Assembly (NCBI GenBank): GCA_024280015.1
Contig: JAJRQY010000140.1
Location: forward strand, 66,299 to 130,298
Source: Actinomycetes bacterium
Lineage (GTDB): Bacteria > Actinomycetota > Acidimicrobiia > Acidimicrobiales > SZUA-35
DNA length: 64,000 nt
Direction of reading: 5' to 3'
Shown here: positions 19,501-28,061 of the stretch, piece by piece
Numbering within the stretch: the stretch's first letter is position 1
How the letters are laid out: every line of letters begins with the position of its first letter
The notes under the pieces: generated by a model
What the model was told of the DNA's origin: nothing
What the model saw: the letters and a program-made list of their open reading frames with translations, nothing else
Databases searched by the model: none
Made by a program: the position numbers and the translations under genes

Positions 19501-20024
19501 CAGTGCAGGGACGGCGTCAAGCACTGTGGACTGCTGGCGCTGTGGTGCAAGGAGGGGCTGACAAGTTGGCGGGAATCGTGACCGGAGTCAATGCCCCGCA
19601 GCTACCAGGCATGAGTAAGCAAGAAGAAGCCCTGGCTGACCTGTGGGCAACCGGTATTGCCCCCGATGGGCACCCGACGGTCTTCATCCGAGCGGAAATG
19701 TCCAGTTATGGAGTCATTGCCGCCGAGGATCTGCACCTGGTTGAACACAATAGGAAGGTGCTGGTTGGCGGTGTTGTCACCCATCGCCAACGCCCAGCAA
19801 CCGCATCAGGGGTCACTTTCATCGGGCTAGAGGATGAGACCGGTCTGATCAATATTGTGGTCTCAGTCGGGTGCTGGGCCCGCTACCGCAAGCAAGCTCA
19901 AGGAGCACCAGCCCTTCTTGTCCGTGGTCGCTGCGAACGCCAAGGTGAGGTGGTCAATATTGTGGCCGAACGACTGGAGTCATTGCTGCTCGGAACAACA
20001 CGGATGAGTCGTGACTTCCGGTGA
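16527..20024 (+). CDS. dnaE2: Error-prone DNA polymerase III alpha-like subunit DnaE2 (ImuC)
   Basis: 1165 aa. The N-terminus MGWGNPPISWRDL resembles mycobacterial DnaE2 as I recall it. PHP motif YAELHCHSTFSFLDGAS. Polymerase core motifs are present (FERFLAPERDGPPDIDLD; HSGGMV; KFDLLGLG). Confidence 0.92.
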   Translation: MGWGNPPISWRDLQATLSDKPKALSGKPKALSDGPTTRSSDGRERSDQGDVPLEGDGGDSPAWSRTRGPYVPPAPAAPLPPRTGSTVPYAELHCHSTFSFLDGASHPEELAEEAARLGLEALALTDHNGFYGVVRFAEAARAVGLPTIFGTELTIDKLDIRPGQADPDGTHLLVLARDPQGYAALARVISESQLAGEKGAPRMSMGDLERWLQPGDVDHWVVLTGCRKGAVPRALEREGPVGAERELHRLMDRFGRHNIVVELWDQGAPLDSARNDALVQLGVRAGVDIVATNNVHYATPGRRQLASALAAVRARRSLDEIEGWLPAAGGAHLRSGSEQARRFARYPGVVQRAAELGRACAFDLSLMAPKLPPFPCPDGLSEMGLLRHLVEAHGMKRYGPRGSEWVPGAWKQLDHELNLIERLGFAGYFLVVWDIVDFCIRSDILCQGRGSAANSAVCFVLGITKADAVSLGLLFERFLAPERDGPPDIDLDIESDRREEVIQYVYDKHGRRHAAQVANVITYRAKSSVRDAAKALGYAQGQQDAFAKSVSGWGRRINSGTEGSDLPDDVAELSAQFENLPRHLGIHSGGMVMCDRPVIEVCPVEWGRMEGRTVLQWDKDDCAAAGLVKFDLLGLGMLSALHYCVDLIAEHHQTDIDLAMIPQEDGVYDMLCHADSVGVFQVESRAQMSTLPRLRPRTFYDLVVEIALIRPGPIQGGSVHPYIRRRNGQEPVTYLHPLLRPSLEKTLGIPLFQEQLMQMAIDISGFSPAEADQLRRAMGSKRSRARMEELKERLCWGMSERGVTPDIQELIWDKLVAFANYGFPESHSISFAYLVYSSSWLKLHYPAAFCAALLRAQPMGFYSPHSLVQDARRHGVHTLPPDINASEAEASLIHLGDELAPLPIRVKGAKGIEEERRDHDWAVRLGLDSVRTISDVMAKKIAASQPFSSIEDMARKTGVSKEQLEALATAGCFDRLGSETATLTGGKTTRQTVQGRRQALWTAGAVVQGGADKLAGIVTGVNAPQLPGMSKQEEALADLWATGIAPDGHPTVFIRAEMSSYGVIAAEDLHLVEHNRKVLVGGVVTHRQRPATASGVTFIGLEDETGLINIVVSVGCWARYRKQAQGAPALLVRGRCERQGEVVNIVAERLESLLLGTTRMSRDFR
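16584..16625 (+). repeat. 21-bp in-frame tandem duplication inside the dnaE2 N-terminal extension
   Basis: AAGCCAAAGGCGCTGTCTGGT is followed by AAGCCAAAGGCGCTGTCTGAT (20/21 identical), encoding KPKALSG-KPKALSD. Confidence 0.9.
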
Positions 20025-20070
20025 CCGTTGCCGACCTCGTTTCGCGGTCGTTTTGGTCAATACTTACCCT

Positions 20071-20907
20071 ATGCCTATGCAAAGAATCCAGATAGTTCGC
20101 GGAACCTCTCTCACGATTGCGTTGGCCCTGTTCGCCGCCAGTTGCGGAGGGTCCACTCAGGCTGAAGTGGCTTCGGAGTTAGAAGCAGCTGATACGGCTA
20201 CCACCACCACTGAGGCGACGACCACCACCACGGCACCGGTTGTTGATGTCGATCGGTACTGCGAGCTGGCCATCCTGAACGAAGCAAACGGTGATGCCTT
20301 CTTTGAAGGTGATGGCCCGGGTGATCCGGCGAAGCTAGAGGCATTCTTCGTTGATCTGCAGGTATCGCTAGGCGAAGCTATTGGGGTGGCAGACCCCCTA
20401 ATTAAGCCCGATCTCGTTCTTGTACAGGAAGAGATCGACAGCTTTGTCCAGCTGGTGGAACAGTACGACTACGATCTCATCTTGGCCAGCAGTGCTATCG
20501 ATGATCGGCCAACCAAGCCTGAGTGGGAAGCAGCCCAAGACGCCGTCGATGACTATGACCAGGAGACATGTGGCCTTGACAAGGATGCCGATAGCTCAGA
20601 GCCTGCCGGCGAGATGGAGTCAGCCGGCGGCATCTCCTTGGCCGACGCTCAGCTAGCGGTGACCCTCATGGAGACCCAGGCTGGGCTTGACCTCGTTGTT
20701 GAGGGGTTCATGTCTGAGGTGCCCGGTGTCAGTGTGGAACAGGCCGAGTGCTTCCTGAAGAGCTTGACGGCTGAACAGTTCGTGAGCTTCGCCCAACTGG
20801 GGCTAGCCAACGGTGATATCGACACAAGTGACCCGGCTATTTCCGAGGTTCTCACCATTCTCGATACGTGTGATATTCCCTTGGCGGCTCTGATTCCAAG
20901 CTCCTAG
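20071..20907 (+). CDS. Hypothetical acidic lipoprotein
   Basis: Lipobox LALFAASCGGS and a T-rich linker. Start placed at ATG 20071 (MPMQRIQ) to avoid overlap with dnaE2. Confidence 0.5.
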   Translation: MPMQRIQIVRGTSLTIALALFAASCGGSTQAEVASELEAADTATTTTEATTTTTAPVVDVDRYCELAILNEANGDAFFEGDGPGDPAKLEAFFVDLQVSLGEAIGVADPLIKPDLVLVQEEIDSFVQLVEQYDYDLILASSAIDDRPTKPEWEAAQDAVDDYDQETCGLDKDADSSEPAGEMESAGGISLADAQLAVTLMETQAGLDLVVEGFMSEVPGVSVEQAECFLKSLTAEQFVSFAQLGLANGDIDTSDPAISEVLTILDTCDIPLAALIPSS

Positions 20908-20945
20908 GAGTCACCTCCCAGGAGCGATCCGATCCTGGTCCAGTA

Positions 20946-22793
20946 CTAGCTCTTGGCCTCGGCCTTTGCGCTTTTTCTGGCTTTGAGAATCCGGGCCCGA
21001 GCGACCGGGTCAAGATCGCTCTTTCGCAAGCGAATGTTCTCCGGCGTCACCTCGACGCATTCGTCATCGGCAATGAACTCCAGCGACTGCTCCAGTGAGA
21101 AGATCTTTGCCGGTGTGAGCTTGACAGTGTTGTCGGCCGAAGAAGCTCGGTGGTTGGTCAGCTGCTTTTCCTTGCAGACATTGACGTCCATGTCTTCTGA
21201 TCGGCTGTTCTCCCCAACGATCATGCCGCAGTAGACGATGGTGGTTGGGACGACGACCATGGCTGCGCGTTCCTGCAAGCTGATGAGGGCATAGGCAGTG
21301 ACTGGACCCTGGCGGTCAGCAACCAGCGAACCGGAGTGACGAACCCGAAGCTCACCGAACCATGGTTCCATGTCTTCAAAGGTGTGGTTAAGAACACCAG
21401 TACCGCGAGTCTCGGTAAGGAACTCGGTTCGGAAACCAATGAGTCCTCGGGACGGAACCAGGTAGTCCAGGCGAACCCAGCCGGTGCCATGGTTGATCAT
21501 GTTCTCCATGCGCCCCTTGCGAGCGGCCAGGAGCTGGGTGGTTGCTCCGAGATGTTCTTCGGGCACGTCAATGGTGACTCGTTCGACCGGCTCATGTACC
21601 TTGCCGTCGATCTCTTGGGTCACGACCTGAGGCTTGCCAACGGTGAGTTCGAAACCTTCGCGGCGCATCTGTTCCACCAGGATGGCCAGCTGAAGCTCTC
21701 CTCGGGCCTGGACTTCCCAGGTGTCGGGACGCTCGGTGTTGAGCACCCGGAGGCTCATATTGCCGACCAGTTCCTTGTCCAGACGATCCTTGATCATCCG
21801 AGCAGTAACCTTGCTGCCTTCCTTGCCAGCCAGCGGCGAAGTATTCACACCAATGGTCATGGAAAGAGCTGGCTCGTCAACCTTGATGACTGGCATTGGT
21901 CGAGGATCTTCGGGGTCGACCAGGGTCTCACCGATCAGGATGTCCTCAATACCAGAAACAGCAACCAGGTCGCCGGGGCCAGCCTCATCGGATGGAACCC
22001 GGGTGAGAGCATGAGTGAGGTAGAGCTCGTTGATCTTGACCTTCTTGATGGTGCCATCAACCTGGCTAAGGGCCAAGGCTTGACCCTTCTTGAGGTTGCC
22101 GTTGACGATTCGACACATGGCGAGCCGGCCAACATAGGGGTCAGCGTCCAGGTTGGTAACCCAAGCCTGAAGCGGATGGCCCTCTTCATAGGACGGGGCA
22201 GGCATGTGCTCCAGCAAAGCCTTGAACAGGGGATCGAGGTCGGTGCCCTTCACATCGGGATCGGTTGAGGCCCAGCCGTCGCGGGCTGCGCAGTACAAGA
22301 TGGGGAAGTCAACCTGATCGTCTCGCGCATCGATGTCGAAGAAGAGTTCGTAAACCTCATCAACAACTTCGCTGATTCGGGCATCGGGGCGATCGACCTT
22401 GTTGATGACCAGGATGACGGGCAAATCACGGGCCAACGCCTTGCGAAGAACGAATCGGGTTTGGGGAAGGGGACCCTCAGCGGCGTCAACCAACAAGACG
22501 ATGCCATCCACCATGGTGAGGGCTCGTTCGACCTCGCCGCCGAAGTCGGCGTGACCAGGAGTGTCGACCACATTGATGGTGGTCCCCTCGTACTGAACGG
22601 AGGTGTTCTTGGCCAGGATGGTGATGCCCTTTTCCCGTTCCAAGTCGCCGGAGTCCATGACCCGTTCGGCCACGTCCTGATTTGCCCGGAAGGACCCGGT
22701 TTGCTGGAGCATGGCGTCAACCAGGGTGGTCTTGCCGTGATCGACGTGGGCGACGATGGCGATATTTCGAAGTTCGGCGCGCTGAGCAGCCAT
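20946..22793 (-). CDS. typA: Translational GTPase TypA/BipA
   Basis: G1 motif AHVDHGKTT, DTPGHADFGGEV, NKVDR, with full-length similarity to BipA. Start at ATG 22793 (MAAQRAELRNIAIVAHV). Confidence 0.92.
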   Translation of the reverse strand: MAAQRAELRNIAIVAHVDHGKTTLVDAMLQQTGSFRANQDVAERVMDSGDLEREKGITILAKNTSVQYEGTTINVVDTPGHADFGGEVERALTMVDGIVLLVDAAEGPLPQTRFVLRKALARDLPVILVINKVDRPDARISEVVDEVYELFFDIDARDDQVDFPILYCAARDGWASTDPDVKGTDLDPLFKALLEHMPAPSYEEGHPLQAWVTNLDADPYVGRLAMCRIVNGNLKKGQALALSQVDGTIKKVKINELYLTHALTRVPSDEAGPGDLVAVSGIEDILIGETLVDPEDPRPMPVIKVDEPALSMTIGVNTSPLAGKEGSKVTARMIKDRLDKELVGNMSLRVLNTERPDTWEVQARGELQLAILVEQMRREGFELTVGKPQVVTQEIDGKVHEPVERVTIDVPEEHLGATTQLLAARKGRMENMINHGTGWVRLDYLVPSRGLIGFRTEFLTETRGTGVLNHTFEDMEPWFGELRVRHSGSLVADRQGPVTAYALISLQERAAMVVVPTTIVYCGMIVGENSRSEDMDVNVCKEKQLTNHRASSADNTVKLTPAKIFSLEQSLEFIADDECVEVTPENIRLRKSDLDPVARARILKARKSAKAEAKS

Positions 22794-23016
22794 GGCGGTA
22801 CCTACTGAAGTGAGTTTGTGATGATCGTTCGGGCCGGGTTTAGTATCCAGCCAGTCAGATGACTTGCGGGACAGTTGACCAGTTGGACAGTCGGTTGACC
22901 TCTTGCCAACGAACCGCATGAGGCTACTGGCAATCGCGGCCCAGGCGGTTTAATGCCCACGCGGGGTGGCGTGAGTCACTCTTTGTCATCAAGCAGATGG
23001 GGTCAGGTTGGGGTGC

Positions 23017-23862
23017 CTAGTTGATGGAGTTTTCCAGGATAAGCAGGCCATTGCTGGTGTTGGAAGTCGGAACATGGGTGGCTCGGTAGATCTCATCAAC
23101 GTGTTCATCCAGCGCGCCACGCATTACTAACCACATCACCATCTCGATGCCCTCTGACCCGGCCTCACGCATGTATTCGGTATGGCTGATCTTGGACTGG
23201 GCGACAGGATCAGCCACGATCCGGTCAAGGAACGCGTTGTCGTACTCGGTGTTGATGAGTCCGGCTCGTTCGCCCTGCAGTTGGTGGGACAAGCCGCCGG
23301 TACCGAAGATCACGACTCGTTCATTGCCGGGGAAGGACTCCACTGCTGCTCGGATGGCCCGGCCAAGGTTGAAGCAGCGATTTCCGGTTGGTGGCGGATA
23401 CTGGACCACATTCACACACAGCGGAATCACCTTGCATGGCCATTCGTCCGGCTGGTTGTACATGACCGACAACGGCACGGTCAGTCCATGGTCGACGTCC
23501 ATCTTGTTGGCGATGGTCATGTCGAACTCAGCCAGGATGAGTGATTCAGCCAGATGCCAGGCCATGTCGGGATGGCCTTGCACGGTCGGAACCTTGCGTC
23601 GCCCGAATCCTTCATCGGCGGGTATGAAGCTTGGTGCCGTGCCAATCACGAAGGTCGGGATGAGTTCGAGCGAAAAAGCCGATGCGTGGTCGTTGTAGAC
23701 GATGATGCAGACATCGGGTTTGGTCTTGGCTATCCATTCTCGGGCTGGTTCGACCTTGTCAAAGTAGGGCGCCCAGATCGGGTCTTGGGTCATGCCGTTG
23801 TCCATGGCCGCGCCAACCGCCGGTACGTGGGAGGTGCCGACTCCAGCGATGATCTCAGCCAT
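23017..23862 (-). CDS. ligB: Protocatechuate 4,5-dioxygenase beta subunit (class III extradiol dioxygenase)
   Basis: MAEIIAGVGTSHVPAVG...VYNDHASAF...GHP...THQ-type LigB motifs. 8-nt overlap with the upstream ligA. Confidence 0.85.
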   Translation of the reverse strand: MAEIIAGVGTSHVPAVGAAMDNGMTQDPIWAPYFDKVEPAREWIAKTKPDVCIIVYNDHASAFSLELIPTFVIGTAPSFIPADEGFGRRKVPTVQGHPDMAWHLAESLILAEFDMTIANKMDVDHGLTVPLSVMYNQPDEWPCKVIPLCVNVVQYPPPTGNRCFNLGRAIRAAVESFPGNERVVIFGTGGLSHQLQGERAGLINTEYDNAFLDRIVADPVAQSKISHTEYMREAGSEGIEMVMWLVMRGALDEHVDEIYRATHVPTSNTSNGLLILENSIN

Positions 23863-24271
23863 TGCTTTCACCACCCGTTGTTCGGTTGCCTTCGATGGAG
23901 CGACCACCGCTGGTCATCATGTCGGCGAATTCCTCAATGGTTACTCCCGTCATACCAGCAGCCAGGTGGCGGAAGGTCATGCCGTCATAGGCCGCCAGTT
24001 TGAAGGTGTAGTAGACGTTGCCGCCAAGTTGCAGCATGCGAAGCCATTGTCGCTTCTCGATTGATTCGCGTTGTTCGGGGGTGAAGTCCCACTGGTCCAG
24101 ATATGCAGTTTCGTCAGCGCGCATGGCCTCACGGTTTGATTCTTGGGCCAGTGACATGCAGAACATGTTGAGGGCGTATCCATCGCGGCATCGTTGCCCG
24201 TCGAACACATAGGTTCCAGGAATGCTCTCATAATCCTTGGGCGGCAATGAGCCTGGAGGGTTGGTCTGCAT
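23855..24271 (-). CDS. ligA: Protocatechuate 4,5-dioxygenase alpha subunit
   Basis: The 138-aa segment YVFDGQRCRDGYALNMFCMSL...RMLQLGGNVYYTFKLAA is typical of LigA. Lies immediately upstream of ligB. Confidence 0.8.
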   Translation of the reverse strand: MQTNPPGSLPPKDYESIPGTYVFDGQRCRDGYALNMFCMSLAQESNREAMRADETAYLDQWDFTPEQRESIEKRQWLRMLQLGGNVYYTFKLAAYDGMTFRHLAAGMTGVTIEEFADMMTSGGRSIEGNRTTGGESNG

Positions 24272-24378
24272 GAAACGACCTTAGTTCTCGCCCACGATTA
24301 CTGTCTACAATCGGCCGAGTCAGTCCGGCCCTATCTGAGTGGCCAACCAAACGACTGAGTGAGTAAGACAAGGTTGGA

Positions 24379-25365
24379 GTGTCTGAGATGCGAGTAGTTC
24401 TGGCTGGCGAAGGGGCAATCGCCCGCAAGCATGCGGCCGCCCTCGCCCGCATCGATGGGGTCGAGATTGTTTCGGTTGCCGGTGGCCTCGCCGTTGACAC
24501 TGCTGCCTTCGCCCAAGAGTTTGGGGTTGGCCACTGGTCGCTGGATCTGGCCGAGTGCTTGGCTCAAGACGGGGTCGATGCCGCCATCTTGACCACACCA
24601 ACCCAGATCCACGCCAGCCAAGCCATCCAGGTGTTGGAGGCGGGTAAGCATGTCTTGGTAGAGATCCCCATGTCCGACTCCCTGGCCGATGCCCAGGCCC
24701 TGGTTGCTGCCCAAGAGAAGTCCGGGCTGACGGCAATGGTGTGCCACACCCGTCGATTTAACCCCAGTCACCAGTGGATCAACCAACGCGTCGCTACTGG
24801 TGAGTTGACCTTGCAACATCTGGTTGTCAATACCTTCTTTTTCCGCCGGGAGAACAAGAACGCCTTGGGCAAGCCTCGAACCTGGACCGATCACCTGTTG
24901 TGGCATCACTCCTGTCACACCGTTGACCTGTTTCAGTACCAGACCGGCGTGCCCACTGTTTCCGCTTGGGCCCAGCAAGGTCCGGTCCATCCCGATCTCG
25001 GCATCTCCATGGACATGTCCATTGGTCTGAGAAGCGAGAACGATCAGCTCTGTACCTTGTCGCTCTCGTTCAACAATGAGGGTCCGCTCGGCACCTTCTT
25101 CCGCTACATCTGTGACAACGGAACCTATATCGCTCGCTACGACGAGTTGATTGACGGTAACGATCAGCCAGTCGACCTGTCTGGCGTGGTTGTTGGCCCC
25201 GATGGTCAAGATCTCACTGATGGCATCGAGATCCAGAACCGAGAGTTCTTTGCTGCTATTGCCGAGGGACGCGAACCAAACGCCAGCGTTGCTCAGTGCC
25301 TGCCGGTGATGGCCTCCATCGACCAGATGGAACGAGGCTTAAATACCGTGGGGGTTTCCTCTTGA
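24379..25365 (+). CDS. ligC: Gfo/Idh/MocA oxidoreductase, probable 4-carboxy-2-hydroxymuconate-6-semialdehyde dehydrogenase
   Basis: The N-terminal Rossmann segment MRVVLAGEGAIARKHAAAL, the size and the position in the lig cluster support the call. The functional assignment is by context. Confidence 0.7.
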   Translation: MSEMRVVLAGEGAIARKHAAALARIDGVEIVSVAGGLAVDTAAFAQEFGVGHWSLDLAECLAQDGVDAAILTTPTQIHASQAIQVLEAGKHVLVEIPMSDSLADAQALVAAQEKSGLTAMVCHTRRFNPSHQWINQRVATGELTLQHLVVNTFFFRRENKNALGKPRTWTDHLLWHHSCHTVDLFQYQTGVPTVSAWAQQGPVHPDLGISMDMSIGLRSENDQLCTLSLSFNNEGPLGTFFRYICDNGTYIARYDELIDGNDQPVDLSGVVVGPDGQDLTDGIEIQNREFFAAIAEGREPNASVAQCLPVMASIDQMERGLNTVGVSS

Positions 25366-26432
25366 TCATCGATTGTCATGGCCACTACACTACGGCCCCG
25401 GCGCCCTTGGGTGAGTATCGCGAAGCTCAGAAGGCTGCCCTGGCCAATGATCCGGCAACCGTTGGGTCCAAGGGTTCGATCGAGATCAGCGACGAGCAGA
25501 TCCGCCACAGTTTGGAAGGGGCTCAGCTCAAGTTGCAACGAGAGCGTGGCACCGATCTGACCATCTTCTCGCCCCGGGCAAGTTGGATGGCCCACCATGT
25601 CGGCAATGAACACACCAGCAAGTTCTGGACCCAGCACACCAACGAATTGATTCGCCGGGTGTGTGATCTCTACCCCCAGAACTTCGCTCCAGTTTGTGCC
25701 TTGCCCCAGTCACCTGGTGTTGACATGACTACCTCGGTGGCCGAGCTTCGCCGCTGTGTGGAAGAAATGGGCTTCATTGGTTGCAACCTCAACCCAGATC
25801 CTTCCGGTGGCTGGTGGACGGGTAAGCCGCTGGATGATGAGTCGTGGTATCCGCTGTATGAGGCCATGGTCGACCTCGACGTGCCGGCCATGGTGCACGT
25901 CAGTTCGGTCTGCAACGACAACTTCCACGCCACGGGTTCGCACTACCTTGGCGCGGACACAACGGCCTTCATGCAGGCGATGACTTCGGGCTTGTTCGAA
26001 CGGTTCCCGACCATGCGCTGGATCATCCCCCATGGGGGAGGAGCGGTGCCCTACCACTGGGGTCGATTCAAGGGAATGGCCGAAGACTCTCAACTCAAAG
26101 CTGACGCTGGTGCTGGGCCGAGGTTCTCCACCGTTGAGCAACTGCTGAACAATATCTACTTCGATACCTGCGTCTATCACCAGCCAGGGATCGATTTGTT
26201 GACATCGGTGATCCCGCCAGAGAACATCCTGTTCGCTTCGGAGATGGTTGGCGCAGTGCGGGGTATCGACCCGGAGTCAGGTGAGTACTACGACGACACC
26301 AAGCGATACGTCGAGGCGGCCTTGCTAACCGTGGAGGAACGCCAGTTAATCTTCGAAGACAACGCCCGCCGAGTGTTCCCTCGGCTCAATCATTTCCTTA
26401 ACTCCGGCTATCTGGATGAGGCTTCGTCATGA
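25362..26432 (+). CDS. ligJ: 4-oxalomesaconate hydratase (amidohydrolase_2 family)
   Basis: (L/M)IIDCHGHYTTAP N-terminus. The TTG start at 25362 overlaps the ligC stop (TTGA). Confidence 0.8.
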   Translation: MIIDCHGHYTTAPAPLGEYREAQKAALANDPATVGSKGSIEISDEQIRHSLEGAQLKLQRERGTDLTIFSPRASWMAHHVGNEHTSKFWTQHTNELIRRVCDLYPQNFAPVCALPQSPGVDMTTSVAELRRCVEEMGFIGCNLNPDPSGGWWTGKPLDDESWYPLYEAMVDLDVPAMVHVSSVCNDNFHATGSHYLGADTTAFMQAMTSGLFERFPTMRWIIPHGGGAVPYHWGRFKGMAEDSQLKADAGAGPRFSTVEQLLNNIYFDTCVYHQPGIDLLTSVIPPENILFASEMVGAVRGIDPESGEYYDDTKRYVEAALLTVEERQLIFEDNARRVFPRLNHFLNSGYLDEASS

Positions 26433-27139
26433 CTGGACCAATACAAAACCGCCATGTGGTGATTCGCACTATCGAGCGAGCAGATGCGGGAGTAGCTGCG
26501 GCCATTGGTGCCACCGGTTCGTCGACCGTGCATGAGGCCATAGGCCGTCGGGGCTTCCTCGGACCAGACATTCGCCCGATCCAAAGCGCTGCCCGTATTG
26601 GAGGCACCGCGGTCACGGTACTGGCCCACCCAGGTGACAACCTGATGATCCATGCCGCCATCGAGATGTGTCAAGAGGGTGACGTCCTGGTGGTGACCAC
26701 GACGGCTCCATCAACCACGGCCCTCTTTGGAGACTTGCTGGCGACATCGCTGATGACACGAGGTGTCCGCGGCTTGATCATGGGGGCCGGGGTCCGTGAT
26801 ATTGCTGACCTGAATGAGCTTGGTTTCCCCGTGTGGACCCGACACATTTCGTGTCAGGGACCAGTGAAAGACACTCCCGGTTCGGTCAATATTCCGATTG
26901 CCATCAATGGGCAGGTCATCAATCCTGGTGATGTCATTGCTGCGGATGATGACGGGGTTGTTGTCGTTGCCCGAGCCGAGGCTGCTTGGGCCTTGGAACA
27001 ATCCGAGGCCCGAGTGGCCAGAGAAGAAGGCACCCGGGCCAAGCTGGCAGCCGGTGAGCTTGGCCTGGACTTCTACGGGCACCGCAAGCGGCTGGAAGAC
27101 TATGGCGTGCAGTACTTGGACACCGCAACGGACCTCTAG
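26429..27139 (+). CDS. ligK: 4-carboxy-4-hydroxy-2-oxoadipate aldolase / oxaloacetate decarboxylase (RraA-like)
   Basis: RraA-fold motifs STVHEAIGRRG...GDNLMIHAA...GDVLVV. ATGA overlap with ligJ. Confidence 0.8.
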   Translation: MTGPIQNRHVVIRTIERADAGVAAAIGATGSSTVHEAIGRRGFLGPDIRPIQSAARIGGTAVTVLAHPGDNLMIHAAIEMCQEGDVLVVTTTAPSTTALFGDLLATSLMTRGVRGLIMGAGVRDIADLNELGFPVWTRHISCQGPVKDTPGSVNIPIAINGQVINPGDVIAADDDGVVVVARAEAAWALEQSEARVAREEGTRAKLAAGELGLDFYGHRKRLEDYGVQYLDTATDL

Positions 27140-27221
27140 CCCCACCAAGCATCCCTTCTGGTACCGGCAAAGCACGTATATCGAGGACCTGCCGGTGTCA
27201 GTACGGGAATAGGATCGGGGA

Positions 27222-28058
27222 ATGGTCGAATACGCAATCAAAACTCCTCCGCAACACGGCACCTGGCAGGAGTACCTGGATGTGTGGCGAGCAGCCGATG
27301 AGGCCGAGGTCTACGAGTCGGCCTGGAACTTCGACCACTTCTACCCCCTGACTGAGCCGCTTGATGGGACGTGCTTGGAGGGTTGGACAATGCTGGCGGC
27401 ATTGGCCCAAGCGACCTCTCGTATTCACATCGGGTCCATGGTCAACGGCATGCACTACCGCCACCCGGCGGTCACCGCCAACATGGCCATCACCCTTGAC
27501 CACATCTCCGGCGGACGCTTCATGCTCGGCCTTGGTGCTGGCTGGATGGAACCAGAGTCTGAGGCCTATGGCATTCCCCTTGGCACCATCAAGGAACGCT
27601 GTGACCGGTTTGACGAAGGGGTGGAGGTCATCAAGATGCTGATGTCCCAAGAGCACACCACCTTCCATGGCAAGTACTACCAACTGGCGAATGCCCGCTG
27701 TGAGCCAAAGCCAGTCCAAGACTCCATCCCGATCGTGATCGGGGCCAAGGGTAAGAAGCGCATGCTCAAGACGGTGGCTCGGTTTGCTGATCACTGGGAC
27801 ATGACCTTCCCCGCCGACACGGCGGCCTGGAAAGAACTCAGTGATGTGGTTGATGCCCACTGTGCTGATGTTGGTCGTGACCCGTCAGAGATTCGACGCT
27901 CGATTCACCTGGCGCTTAGCCAGGACAGCGACCTTCCTGCCCTGGTCGATCAGGCCAACCAGTTCGGCGAAGCAGGAGTCGACCTGATTGTCTTCTCCAT
28001 GCGAAACCCCTACCGAGCCAACGAGGTCACCGCATTGGCTGAGGCTCTTCGTCGCTAA
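27222..28058 (+). CDS. LLM-class (luciferase-like) F420-dependent oxidoreductase
   Basis: WNFDHFYPL...LGLGAGW...and the overall 278-aa LLM pattern. Cofactor inferred from family resemblance only. Confidence 0.7.
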   Translation: MVEYAIKTPPQHGTWQEYLDVWRAADEAEVYESAWNFDHFYPLTEPLDGTCLEGWTMLAALAQATSRIHIGSMVNGMHYRHPAVTANMAITLDHISGGRFMLGLGAGWMEPESEAYGIPLGTIKERCDRFDEGVEVIKMLMSQEHTTFHGKYYQLANARCEPKPVQDSIPIVIGAKGKKRMLKTVARFADHWDMTFPADTAAWKELSDVVDAHCADVGRDPSEIRRSIHLALSQDSDLPALVDQANQFGEAGVDLIVFSMRNPYRANEVTALAEALRR

Positions 28059-28061
28059 CTG

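Noticed and set aside
21336-22268. The 310-aa plus-strand ORF.
   Set aside because: It is fully antisense to typA, whose identity is unambiguous.
24331-25209. The 292-aa minus-strand ORF.
   Set aside because: It is antisense to ligC, has no recognisable motifs, and would break the lig operon logic.
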